Source of the DNA: a virus
Taxonomy: Duplodnaviria; Caudoviricetes
Strand: one strand, 5' to 3'
DNA: 24,432 bases
Virus record (IMG/VR): IMGVR_UViG_3300037518_000150
Coordinates: 1 to 24,432 of that record
A program made the position numbers and the translations under genes. Position 1 is the stretch's first letter. Every line of letters begins with the position of its first letter. A model generated the notes under the pieces. The model was not told where the DNA came from, made no database searches, and worked only from the letters and a program-made list of their open reading frames with translations. Of the stretch, positions 9,996 to 18,672 are shown one piece after another.

Positions 9996-10384
9996 CAGAA
10001 TCTTAGTTCCTGTACTCTGAATACTGCCCGTGAAATGCCGCGACGCATAAATGGATTTGGTGAAGTACCAGGATGATTAACATGTTTAGTAAAAACTTCA
10101 GTACCATCTTTTGCAATAAAATGTAACACCTGAGCAGTAACGGGCGTTATTTCGTGTGGCGCTGTGCCGTACTCAACCCAAAATGGCACAAGATTGTTTT
10201 CCGGATGAGTGGCCGCAACTGTCACTTGTTGCCTGATGCGATTAACGCGCTTTACAACTTTTATCCGTCCCGGTGCGCCTTCCTGACATTCTTCCTGAAG
10301 AATATCGCCGAATTTATCCAGTTTTTTAACTGAAATATCTTTCAGGAGGTCTGTTGTCTCGCGTAAGTACCATTTATTTGCCAT
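9995..10384 (-). CDS. HK97 gp10-like neck/tail completion protein
   Basis: WVEYGTAPHEI.P....L.F......F.K.VNHPGT.PNPFMRR motif. Confidence 0.8.
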   Translation of the reverse strand: MANKWYLRETTDLLKDISVKKLDKFGDILQEECQEGAPGRIKVVKRVNRIRQQVTVAATHPENNLVPFWVEYGTAPHEITPVTAQVLHFIAKDGTEVFTKHVNHPGTSPNPFMRRGISRAVFRVQELRF

Positions 10385-10694
10385 TATCGTATTCCATTGT
10401 GACTAATGCCTGATGAAGCAAACCGGAAAACACATCAACAAACTTTTCATTGCCTCTTAGTTCTGATTCACCCATTGCATTTAAAATGAAATGAGTCAGC
10501 TCATGTAAGAAAGTATGCTCCTGCATTTCCGTTGGTCTTGTTATGCCACCGTTATTCTTCTGAATTTCAATAACATTTTTACGATACACCGCCCTGCCAT
10601 CAGCGTCGTTTTCATCGTTCAGGCTATCAACGTATTTAACCAGTATTGTTTGCCCTAATAACTTTAAACGACTTGGTATCTTTATGTTAGCCAC
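10374..10694 (-). CDS. Small HExxH metallopeptidase-like protein
   Basis: HTFLHELTHFIL...NEKFVD. Confidence 0.7.
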   Translation of the reverse strand: MANIKIPSRLKLLGQTILVKYVDSLNDENDADGRAVYRKNVIEIQKNNGGITRPTEMQEHTFLHELTHFILNAMGESELRGNEKFVDVFSGLLHQALVTMEYDNGK

Positions 10695-11016
10695 GCTTCA
10701 ACCCTTCCTGAGTTATCCGGCTTCGTGCTTTGCGAATAGCTTCATTGTGCGCTCCCGCCGGAGTCTGTGGTGAGCTTCCATCCAGAAAAACCCGTCTGGA
10801 GTAGGGCTTACTATTTACAACTCTCATATCACCGTTGGAAAGCTCATTGACGCTCCAATCAGAAATCAAATCCCCGGTATCTACCGCGGTAACAGCTTGA
10901 AGTTCTTGCCTTAATATCGCGGCTGCAGCCTCCTTTGATACATTTCGAGGAATGGCAATCGCTTGGCCATGCAAGCTATTACGAAGCTTTACTCTAAGTT
11001 GTCTACGCCTTGACAT
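10687..11016 (-). CDS. Second HK97 gp10-like protein
   Basis: TAVDTGDLISDW...PYSRRV, basic. Start moved to MSRRRQL (11016) because a separate ORF occupies 11003..11137. Confidence 0.6.
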   Translation of the reverse strand: MSRRRQLRVKLRNSLHGQAIAIPRNVSKEAAAAILRQELQAVTAVDTGDLISDWSVNELSNGDMRVVNSKPYSRRVFLDGSSPQTPAGAHNEAIRKARSRITQEGLKRG

Positions 11017-11137
11017 ATTTCGCGCTGTACTCGTCAGCTTCTTTGTGTGTAACCTGTTTTTCAGGATGCCTTTCACCATCCACGATTTCTGTAATCAAAG
11101 CAACATCGTTCGGTAAATAACGGATTTCGTATTTCAT
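11003..11137 (-). CDS. Small hypothetical protein (44 aa)
   Basis: Strong SD AAGGAG before ATG 11137; MKYEIRYLPNDVALITEIVDGERHPEKQVTHKEADEYSAKYVKA. Confidence 0.65.
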   Translation of the reverse strand: MKYEIRYLPNDVALITEIVDGERHPEKQVTHKEADEYSAKYVKA

Positions 11138-11154
11138 TTTTTACTCCTTATTTT

Positions 11155-11712
11155 TTATACCCAATTCAATCTTGGTTTAGGAAAAGCGTCAAGTATCCGC
11201 TTTGGATACTTTCTTTCCTTGTCAGAATCAAACGGATTTTGGCGTGCAGGAGCTTCATTAACAGACCTGCTTTTGCCAAGCTCAAACTCAATAGCCTTAG
11301 CAACCGCCCAGTCAATTCCGCGCGGCCACTTTATCCGGGTAATAGTCACAGCCGCCCCGGATGTTTCATCTTCAAGCTCATAACTCACATCGTCAAGCGT
11401 CAAGGTTCCGGACGCAGCCGTATTAACCCAATAAAATCCGTCGTTCCATTTTGAATACTGCACATGAATATCAATTCCGTTTGCAAACTCAACATCTAAA
11501 TCAAGAAACTGTGCATTTGCATCGACTATTGTTTTTGCTTCTTTGTTAAATGTAAAATCATCATCAGAAAGCCAATAACCTGTATGAAAATTGTCGTTCA
11601 TGTACCAGACAAACCATTCCTGAAATCCCGGCAACAATACTTGTATTGCCGGGATTTTCTCAAGATAGCTTGTGCCTAAAATGGCAACGATTTTATCGGG
11701 ATGTACTATCAC
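11155..11712 (-). CDS. Head-tail connector/adaptor protein
   Basis: Position after capsid cluster; helical N-terminus, beta insertion, WPRGIDWAVAKAIEF, C-terminal YPKRIL..F. Confidence 0.65.
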   Translation of the reverse strand: MIVHPDKIVAILGTSYLEKIPAIQVLLPGFQEWFVWYMNDNFHTGYWLSDDDFTFNKEAKTIVDANAQFLDLDVEFANGIDIHVQYSKWNDGFYWVNTAASGTLTLDDVSYELEDETSGAAVTITRIKWPRGIDWAVAKAIEFELGKSRSVNEAPARQNPFDSDKERKYPKRILDAFPKPRLNWV

Positions 11713-11993
11713 CCAACAGCGACCTCTGAGAGTCTCTGTTCAAGCTCGGCCTTACTGCCTTTCGTATCCAGCCCCAAGGCTTCGCATTCGGCAACAAGCT
11801 CGGCTTTGGTTTTTGCTTTATCGGCCTGAATCATGCCGTTGTTTTTCATCCAATGAATCACCTGTTCATCGTCTGATTCAAACAAACCGTCATCGTCACA
11901 CTGCCCAAGCATCTTGTGAGTCACAAGGCATTCAACAAACTGATTGGGCATGCCTTTGGCCTTTACCGTTTTGCCATTATAGGTTATTTCCAT
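11709..11993 (-). CDS. SAP/HeH-domain protein
   Basis: C-terminal TKAELVAECEALGLDTKGSKAELEQRL matches the SAP pattern. Confidence 0.75.
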   Translation of the reverse strand: MEITYNGKTVKAKGMPNQFVECLVTHKMLGQCDDDGLFESDDEQVIHWMKNNGMIQADKAKTKAELVAECEALGLDTKGSKAELEQRLSEVAVG

Positions 11994-11995
11994 TT

Positions 11996-12460
11996 TTATT
12001 TCTCCTTGAACTGTTTCGAGTAAACACCAATCAGATAAGTCGAAAACGATACAGAATCCGTATTAGCTGCGTTAGCAATCTCTTTGACCGAATAGGAGAA
12101 TTTTGTCATTGCGTCACCAACCGTGGATGGAGTCCACAGCCTGCGGGCTCCGTTGGAACCTGCCGCAGTCGTGGAAAGGGTATCGAGCGCCGGAGTTGCG
12201 TAAATACTTCCGGTCTGCTCCCTGGCCGTTATCGTCAATCCTTCACCGTTGGCAATACTGGTACACCCAACATGAAGGTACAAATAATCCGGCATCCTAC
12301 CGTCACGGAGCAATGAAATATTTTGATAGAGAACACTGTCACCTGCAACGCCGGTTAGTGTGTCAATAGCTACGTGATGCAGAATCACCATTTCCTTTTC
12401 TTGTGCAAACGAGGAAAAGGCAAGCGTTAAAACGAATGTGAATATGATTAACTTTTTCAT
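11996..12460 (-). CDS. Signal-peptide protein, possible capsid decoration; paralogue of 14365..14832
   Basis: MKKLIIFTFVLTLAFSSFA|Q. Shares DTLTGV..DSV and YS.K...AANTDSVS..T...G.Y with the paralogue. Immediately downstream of the capsid gene; SD AGGAG. Confidence 0.7.
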   Translation of the reverse strand: MKKLIIFTFVLTLAFSSFAQEKEMVILHHVAIDTLTGVAGDSVLYQNISLLRDGRMPDYLYLHVGCTSIANGEGLTITAREQTGSIYATPALDTLSTTAAGSNGARRLWTPSTVGDAMTKFSYSVKEIANAANTDSVSFSTYLIGVYSKQFKEK

Positions 12461-12475
12461 TGTTTTAGCTCTCCT

Positions 12476-13534
12476 TTAGCCATTTGTCACAAGTCTGGTG
12501 ATGCGAATATTTTTCGTAAGCCATGCTTGCGTCCAGTTGTCAGCCTCAAGCTGAGCATCGGTCGGGCCGCTATTGCCGCTCGTTAAAGTACCAGCCCATT
12601 TTATCCCACGAGGATGAATCAGCATATACCGGCGGGTAATAACCTGGGACGTACCACCGCCGTTAGCCAAATCAGGTCTGCGGTAAAGCTCGATTGCAGG
12701 CGTTCCGGCATCAAGCGGGACGTTTTCAAAAGCGACTGCACCGGTTCCAAAGATATAGGTATGATATTTAAAGCCGGATGTACTACCGGCAACAACCGTT
12801 GCACCATCATCAACAAAAATTCGCTTGCCCATATACATGGGAACAACGTTTGTCATCCCTGGCACAGCTCCGAGCGGGTTTTGCTCAGAAGTCGGAACGA
12901 AATCAATCAAATCAAGCCGGCGCAATCTTTGAAACGGCACAGAGTGCATAAAAATACCGGTCAACATTCCAAATTGGTCGCCTAATTTGAAAATCGTATT
13001 CTCGATTTCGTTAAACCCGATTTTATTTTCATCAGCCGCGGCCACACCATCTTCAATTGCAATGTCATTCTCAAGCGCTGCAGCTACAGTAGCGTCGCTG
13101 AAAGCGCCTGAAAGAATCTTCAAAAGCAATCTTTGCGTTTCTCGTACCCACCAGTTTATATAGCGGTCGATAACAACTTCGAGCGGGTCACTTCCGGCAA
13201 CATACCGGATTATGTGAGGCACTCGCCAGGCTTTCGCACGGAACAATTTCACAGCTTTATCCTGGTCGGTAGTCATTCCAGTCGGAGTTATTGCGGTATC
13301 GGTATCGGTCACAACGCTGGAGCGGGTGGTTGCTGCGGTATCATGCGGTAAATCATCCCAGAATGGCATATCAACCGTGCGCCCGCCCTGAGCCGCGGCC
13401 TCGCGGGTTTCCGGCGTACTTGCCATAATTCCAGCCTGCACGAGAGCGTTTTTTGCGACGTTGTTTTCTACAAAGTACTGGCTCGCAAGGGTCGGCTCAT
13501 AAATCGCGCTAAATGTTATTTCTAAATCAGCCAT
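12476..13534 (-). CDS. Major capsid protein
   Basis: GG.TVDMPFWDDL, MHS..F.RL, YMGKRIFVDD, RRYMLIHPRGIKW, terminal TNG; follows scaffold. Confidence 0.9.
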   Translation of the reverse strand: MADLEITFSAIYEPTLASQYFVENNVAKNALVQAGIMASTPETREAAAQGGRTVDMPFWDDLPHDTAATTRSSVVTDTDTAITPTGMTTDQDKAVKLFRAKAWRVPHIIRYVAGSDPLEVVIDRYINWWVRETQRLLLKILSGAFSDATVAAALENDIAIEDGVAAADENKIGFNEIENTIFKLGDQFGMLTGIFMHSVPFQRLRRLDLIDFVPTSEQNPLGAVPGMTNVVPMYMGKRIFVDDGATVVAGSTSGFKYHTYIFGTGAVAFENVPLDAGTPAIELYRRPDLANGGGTSQVITRRYMLIHPRGIKWAGTLTSGNSGPTDAQLEADNWTQAWLTKNIRITRLVTNG

Positions 13535-13555
13535 TTTCTAATTCCTTTTAAATTA

Positions 13556-14230
13556 TTATGAAAACATTTTTTCAAAGAGTTCAGGCTTGTCTTTTTTAAG
13601 CATAACTTTTTCAGTCAGGCCAAGCTCAGATGCTTTCTTGCCATTATAAAGCATATCACCGCCGTTTGCCTCACCTGGAGGCTTACCGCTCGGAGTATAG
13701 GCGTTAAACAATCCCTTGTAATCATCATGCTCTTTCAGCCTTTTTACAACATCGTCAAGACCGCTAAACTTGCCTTCTTCAATTTCAACAAACTTGTCGG
13801 CGTGTTTCATAACTTCAGGCAGTAACAAATGAACATAGCCAGGTTTCGCAGGAGCGGCAGACAAAAGGGCAAACTCAGCGGCAGACCTTATCTTAATCTG
13901 CTTGATGTTTTTTTCGTAATCGCCCTTTTCTTTTTCCCGGCTCTGCTTTATTTCCTCAAGCGTCTGAGTAACATTTTCACCAGCCTTGACTTTTTCCTGT
14001 AGGCCGGTCATATCTTTATCTCTTTGCTCGATTTGCGCTTTAAGAGCTTTTATTTCTTCAAGTTTTTCGCTGAATTTACCGTAAGGAACCCATTTAGTTG
14101 GGTCTTTTTCCCCGGTATCTTCAATAAGTTTCTTTGAGGATAAAGCATCAAGCACACCCTGAGTCAAACCATGTTCGTCAAGCTTCCCAAGTATCCCATC
14201 GCCTAAAATCTGTTTAAAGTCTAAACTCAT
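13556..14230 (-). CDS. Capsid scaffolding protein (GP20-like)
   Basis: WVPYGKFSEK followed by coiled coil, GLDD....LKE...LF, Pro/Gly tail; precedes capsid. Confidence 0.85.
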   Translation of the reverse strand: MSLDFKQILGDGILGKLDEHGLTQGVLDALSSKKLIEDTGEKDPTKWVPYGKFSEKLEEIKALKAQIEQRDKDMTGLQEKVKAGENVTQTLEEIKQSREKEKGDYEKNIKQIKIRSAAEFALLSAAPAKPGYVHLLLPEVMKHADKFVEIEEGKFSGLDDVVKRLKEHDDYKGLFNAYTPSGKPPGEANGGDMLYNGKKASELGLTEKVMLKKDKPELFEKMFS

Positions 14231-14262
14231 TTTATTTAATCCTTTCTGATTGAAGTTTTTTA

Positions 14263-14358
14263 GCAGGTCTTTCCTGCAAAATTCAGTCTTTCATCTTTCA
14301 GCCCTTGAAATACCAAAGAAGGGCAAAATAGCATTTTTAGGCAGGTGCTATCTCCTGC
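14263..14358 (-). promoter_or_regulatory. Three small hairpins in the scaffold leader
   Basis: Plus strand GCAGG-5nt-CCTGC (14263-14277), GCCCTT-12nt-AAGGGC (14301-14324), GCAGG-8nt-CCTGC (14341-14358). On the mRNA each is followed by an A-rich tract. Confidence 0.55.
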
Positions 14359-14364
14359 ACTTTC

Positions 14365-14832
14365 TTAATAAATTCCAAAAATCCTTGTTCTAACAGAAAC
14401 GGAGTCGGTATTAGCGGCAGAATCATAAGCCTTTCGTGAATACTTATAATGACTTGCCGGATTGCTCAAAATGTTTATCGTTTCCCAAACATCCGCACCC
14501 GCCGGAGCAGTGAATAAAGTATCCTTTGTTGAAAAACCGTTAACTCCAAAATCAATTCCGCTTATACCAACTGCGTCACGGTTAGTTACGCCTTCACCGC
14601 TTGAAATTTCGGTTATTTCGGTAACTACCCTTATCGCTTGCGGAACTCTATACGAATCACCAAGACCCAGGAAACGCGAACCGGTTTTTTTCATGTCAAT
14701 CGTTCTTACTACGCTATCAGTGACAACGCCGGTAAGCGTATCAAGCCCGGAATTATGAATTTCAACCCATTCCTGATTCTGCCCAAAGCATAAAACCGGC
14801 ATTAGTAATAAAACAAAAATCTTATTTTTCAT
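14365..14832 (-). CDS. Signal-peptide protein, possible capsid decoration; paralogue of 11996..12460
   Basis: Start re-called at 14832 (SD GGAG; MKNKIFVLLLMPVLCFG|Q); shared motifs with 11996..12460. Confidence 0.7.
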   Translation of the reverse strand: MKNKIFVLLLMPVLCFGQNQEWVEIHNSGLDTLTGVVTDSVVRTIDMKKTGSRFLGLGDSYRVPQAIRVVTEITEISSGEGVTNRDAVGISGIDFGVNGFSTKDTLFTAPAGADVWETINILSNPASHYKYSRKAYDSAANTDSVSVRTRIFGIY

Positions 14833-16447
14833 TTGTTGCTCCATTTTTTGATATTTTAGATAGCAGACTGTCAATCGTTGTTGCTATTTTAGTGGCTTCA
14901 TCAATATTGCCGGTATCAATAGCCCTCTGTTTCGCAAGAGCAAGTTGCTGAATAGCAAGAGGAATCTTCCCAATGTCTTCGCCCCCCACATCATCCTTTT
15001 CAATTTCCTTAATTTCTTCCTCCGGATTGTCCACCCACGGATGATGTTTTAACTTTGTTTTTCTTGAAATGCTCTTGGATTTTTCAACATCATCTATTTG
15101 CTTAGACTCATTCGCAATCATAAACTTGTTAAGCTCTATCTCTATTTCATCGGCATTAAACCCATCATCGCCATTTATCACCATCGCCTTTGAAACAAGC
15201 TCAAAAAATTTTCTGATTGCATTATCAATTCGGCGCTCAAGTAATCCTGCTTTTAAGTCGAGAGGAACATACATCCACCTTAAGGCAACTCCAGATGGAT
15301 CGTTGCCAAGCTTATCTGATTTCGGATTTATGCCCATACCATTAGCGAATATGTTTTCCTCAAGGTTTTTTAATTGCTCCATCCGGCCTTGATGTGGGAT
15401 TTCTACAGAAAAAAACTGAATTTTTGCCTCGGCATCGCCTGACGTTCCGGCCTTGTGTTTTCTTAGGTTGTGTCTCAATTCAGCACCACTGTCGGTCATA
15501 CCTGAACCAAATACAAAAACCTCCTGCAAGTCCTCAAAGTTATTCGACAGCACAGACGCAGACCTGTCGTAATCGTCAATGAGAGATTTTATAAATCTCA
15601 AATCAGACCAGCATTGAACATTGTTTTTAAGTTCTATGAACGGAACTTCTCCCCAACTGCCCGGCAAATTATCGCCCTGGCTTCCTTCAAGTGAAAAATG
15701 CGGCTCACTTGAAACCATGTTAAATTCACCGGCCTCGCCCTCTTCCCATTTCTCTACTCTGTCAGGATGCCACCATTCGGCGTAATACCTGACATCTTCT
15801 TTTATTTTCTTAACCGGCTCACGATGTTTATAAACCTGGCCGCCAGTTACAAGGACTTCGCTTTGGCCTGTCTTTACTCTTACAGGATAATATCTGATAA
15901 GCTGAACAAGTTTTTTTTGTCTGGATGTTTCATAAACCGGGATTATCTCCTGAGCATCCATAACCATGTAATCGAAAACAGCGCCGTCCCAAAACACGTG
16001 AAGCCATTCACGCCCCTTGTTTGAAGCATTCTCCGCCCACGTTATCAGGGTTTCGTGAAAATCCTTACCAACAAAATCCATTATTCTCTGAATAAGCGCT
16101 TTGTCTGTATGCGAAAATGTCGGCATTTCTTTGAGCAGGTATGATACTTTCTCCAAAACCAGCCGCCTGTGGAATCCATGCGCAAGGCGATTATTGGCCT
16201 TGTTTTTGTCGGTGTACTCTTCTTCGTATTCGTTAAGTGAATCGGGAGATTTTTTTGTAGTTGTGTATTTTCGAAAGTCCTGCTTTAGAATGTCATTCTT
16301 AACGCCAAAATAATGGGCGCCGTCAGCCATCTCCCGCTTTTCTTCGGAAATGCGGTCATCTTTAATCAGGTCTTTGAGGATTTCACCATCAGAAAGCCGA
16401 CCGTTGGCTGCGATTTTGTAATTTACTAAATCTGTAAGCTTAAGCAA
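14822..16447 (-). CDS. Portal protein (SPP1 gp6-like)
   Basis: KANNRLAH.F.R.LV.EKVSYL, WGEVPFIELKNN, SDL..IKSLIDDYD, GNDPSGVALRWMY..LDLK, HPWV.NPEEE; TTG start. Confidence 0.93.
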   Translation of the reverse strand: MLKLTDLVNYKIAANGRLSDGEILKDLIKDDRISEEKREMADGAHYFGVKNDILKQDFRKYTTTKKSPDSLNEYEEEYTDKNKANNRLAHGFHRRLVLEKVSYLLKEMPTFSHTDKALIQRIMDFVGKDFHETLITWAENASNKGREWLHVFWDGAVFDYMVMDAQEIIPVYETSRQKKLVQLIRYYPVRVKTGQSEVLVTGGQVYKHREPVKKIKEDVRYYAEWWHPDRVEKWEEGEAGEFNMVSSEPHFSLEGSQGDNLPGSWGEVPFIELKNNVQCWSDLRFIKSLIDDYDRSASVLSNNFEDLQEVFVFGSGMTDSGAELRHNLRKHKAGTSGDAEAKIQFFSVEIPHQGRMEQLKNLEENIFANGMGINPKSDKLGNDPSGVALRWMYVPLDLKAGLLERRIDNAIRKFFELVSKAMVINGDDGFNADEIEIELNKFMIANESKQIDDVEKSKSISRKTKLKHHPWVDNPEEEIKEIEKDDVGGEDIGKIPLAIQQLALAKQRAIDTGNIDEATKIATTIDSLLSKISKNGATNEK

Positions 16448-16492
16448 AGTTGAACCCGATTTTTTATTAGCTCCGACCTCAAGGGTTCAACT
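16448..16492 (-). promoter_or_regulatory. Perfect 10-bp hairpin abutting the portal start codon
   Basis: AGTTGAACCC (16448-16457) / GGGTTCAACT (16483-16492), 25-nt loop containing GAGG/GGAG on the mRNA. Confidence 0.6.
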
Positions 16493-16525
16493 AAGAGATT
16501 TTTTTCTTAGGGATAAATTTTTTTG

Positions 16526-16554
16526 AATCTAATTAGCCAAAATTTCAAATGCAA
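16526..16554 (-). promoter_or_regulatory. Sigma70-like promoter upstream of portal
   Basis: TTGCAT-17 bp-TAGATT in an AT-rich intergenic gap. Confidence 0.5.
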
Positions 16555-16562
16555 GGAATTTC

Positions 16563-16799
16563 TTAGTCCAAGTTTCTAAATAAACTCCAATTTTCAATAT
16601 ATCCATCCGAGGAAACCCATCCCTCTTTAAGCGAGTAAACTCCTACAAAGCCACATTTACAGGTAGCCTGCCCCCAATCCGGGAAACGCCACCCGAATCG
16701 CTCGCCAAGTTTATTCCCCTTTTTAAATTCAATTGTCTGGCTATCGGCTTCTGCGCCAAGAGTACGATTACAATTAGGACACCTAATGAAATCACCCAT
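16563..16799 (-). CDS. Mu Com-like Zn-finger protein
   Basis: IRCPNCNRTLGAEADSQTIEF...CKCG resembles the Mu Com N-terminus (IRC.NCN.LL..ADS...IE). Confidence 0.55.
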   Translation of the reverse strand: MGDFIRCPNCNRTLGAEADSQTIEFKKGNKLGERFGWRFPDWGQATCKCGFVGVYSLKEGWVSSDGYIENWSLFRNLD

Positions 16800-16857
16800 C
16801 GATAAGCACCAAAAGCAAAGATAAGATTACGAATATACAATAAGCTGCTATCATAAT

Positions 16858-18294
16858 TTAACCCCAACTTGTTTTAATTGACATTCTTTCTTTTACACCA
16901 GTAAGCGCATCAGGCGCATCATCAGCCTGGCCTTTCATTTTCATATTAAAAGACAGCACGTCTCTTGCAAAATCCGGCCATCTGTGTATCCAGTTCTCAG
17001 GCATTCTTACAACTTCGAGCACGTTGTTGGATTGAGACCGAATACGCGATTCTTTGTTCTTTTTTTGATGAAATGCCATAACCGATATATGATGTCCAAT
17101 GGCGGCGCATTCTTTTTTCACGTTTCTTGAGTACGCCCGCCCGCCTGCGTTTGATTCAAAGTCACCGTCTTTAATGTCATTTTCTTTTAGCTTTGATGCA
17201 AGCTCCGGCTCTGTCGTTGGTGCGTCCGCTTGAGAATAGTAAACATCAACAACATAGGCTATATCCATATAAACGATATACATTATCGCGCAAACCCAAT
17301 CGCTACCCTCATCGGCAGAATCAACATAAGCTTTGCGGGCTTCGCATGTTGCCGGAAGTTCGTCGTAAGTCCTTATACCTGTATACAAACACCCTTCAAT
17401 TGCAACGATCCTTTGCAGGTAATTTGCTGAATGTATCGCCCGGCTTACCGGGTTACTGTTGCGCTCCGCTAAAACCTTGATTCTTTCGTACGCTTCACGT
17501 GACAACATTTCCTCACAAAGCATATCTCCATTTTCATCAATAACTGGCTTTGAAAGCACAAACCACTCCCCGGGCTCATCTTTGACCACCCGGCCAATCG
17601 GGTCATTCTCAGACCACCGCGTAGCACATATCACCTCAATCGGGATACCGCCGTCACTGCCCTCGGTTCTCGACGCATAGGTTGATACATACCAGGTATA
17701 AAGTTTGTCCAGGTGGTTTTCGTTCATGGCTTCTTCGTTATTCTTGACTAAATCGTCAAGTATTTTGATATTGCCGCCCTTACCTGTAAGGCTGCCACCG
17801 GGAGATGTTGCCAAAAAACTAAAGTGTTTCCCCTCAAGCGCCCATTTATTGCGGGAGCGGTCGTTTTGCTTTAAAAGAACATCAGGAAATATATCGCTAA
17901 AAATTATATCATCCGGAGAGTTCTTCTCTTCCTCGATTTCGGTTCTTACGTACTTTCCGTAATCACCTGATTCGATTTCGTTATAACTCCCGGCAATAAT
18001 CTTGTTGTTGTTATCTTTACCTAAACACCATGAGACAAAATGAACCAGGGTGCGGGTTTTCCAATGGCGCGGCGGGTAAGATAACGCAATCCGGCGGTAT
18101 ATCTTTCCGCTGCTATCTATCGGTAGTCCATAATAAACATTATTCAGAACGGTACAAAGCTCCTGTAGATGCGGAACCTGATACTTCTCAGAATCTAAAT
18201 ACTGGCAATAGTGCCAAAAAGACCGGCGCGCCAGTTCAATTTGGGTTTTTCTTAACAGGCTTTTTCTTGCCTGTGTCGATAAGGCTACTTGCAA
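16858..18294 (-). CDS. terL: Terminase large subunit
   Basis: ELARRSFW, Walker A-like PPRHWKT, GGSLTGKGG, Walker B ILDD, TRW...DP.G, nuclease YVDSA..GSD, FESN.GG, DDAPDALTG. Exact start uncertain (TTG overlapping terS). Confidence 0.93.
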   Translation of the reverse strand: MQVALSTQARKSLLRKTQIELARRSFWHYCQYLDSEKYQVPHLQELCTVLNNVYYGLPIDSSGKIYRRIALSYPPRHWKTRTLVHFVSWCLGKDNNNKIIAGSYNEIESGDYGKYVRTEIEEEKNSPDDIIFSDIFPDVLLKQNDRSRNKWALEGKHFSFLATSPGGSLTGKGGNIKILDDLVKNNEEAMNENHLDKLYTWYVSTYASRTEGSDGGIPIEVICATRWSENDPIGRVVKDEPGEWFVLSKPVIDENGDMLCEEMLSREAYERIKVLAERNSNPVSRAIHSANYLQRIVAIEGCLYTGIRTYDELPATCEARKAYVDSADEGSDWVCAIMYIVYMDIAYVVDVYYSQADAPTTEPELASKLKENDIKDGDFESNAGGRAYSRNVKKECAAIGHHISVMAFHQKKNKESRIRSQSNNVLEVVRMPENWIHRWPDFARDVLSFNMKMKGQADDAPDALTGVKERMSIKTSWG

Positions 18295-18670
18295 GGTTAA
18301 TTAAATCCTTTGTGTCAAGTTTCTCAAGTTCTTTTTGAATAGGTTCTTCTTTATAAGTTATAGTACCAGAATGCTCTATATCTTGCCTATCTCGCCATTC
18401 CGCAGAACGTCGATTTTTCAACCAGTATATTTGAGCGGTTACGTTCCCCTGCGTTGCCTGCTCATACAGACTGGATATAACTTTTGAATCTGCTTTTAGT
18501 TTACCCATTTTTATGGTGTGTAGAAATCTTTCATTCTCTTTTTTCATTGTGTGTAAAGTTTTTCTGCACACTCCGATAAAATCAGCAATCTCTTCGTCGG
18601 TGAGCCCCAGCGCAGCAAGCTTTTCAAGCTGCTCGTAATCTATATTTATTTTGGTTTTATGTCTCGCCAA
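18236..18670 (-). CDS. terS: Terminase small subunit
   Basis: HTH GLTDEEIADFIGVCRKTL, GNVTAQIYWLKNRR..WRD; SD GGAGAGGAG before TTG. Confidence 0.85.
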   Translation of the reverse strand: MARHKTKINIDYEQLEKLAALGLTDEEIADFIGVCRKTLHTMKKENERFLHTIKMGKLKADSKVISSLYEQATQGNVTAQIYWLKNRRSAEWRDRQDIEHSGTITYKEEPIQKELEKLDTKDLINLASSLIDTGKKKPVKKNPN

Positions 18671-18672
18671 GA

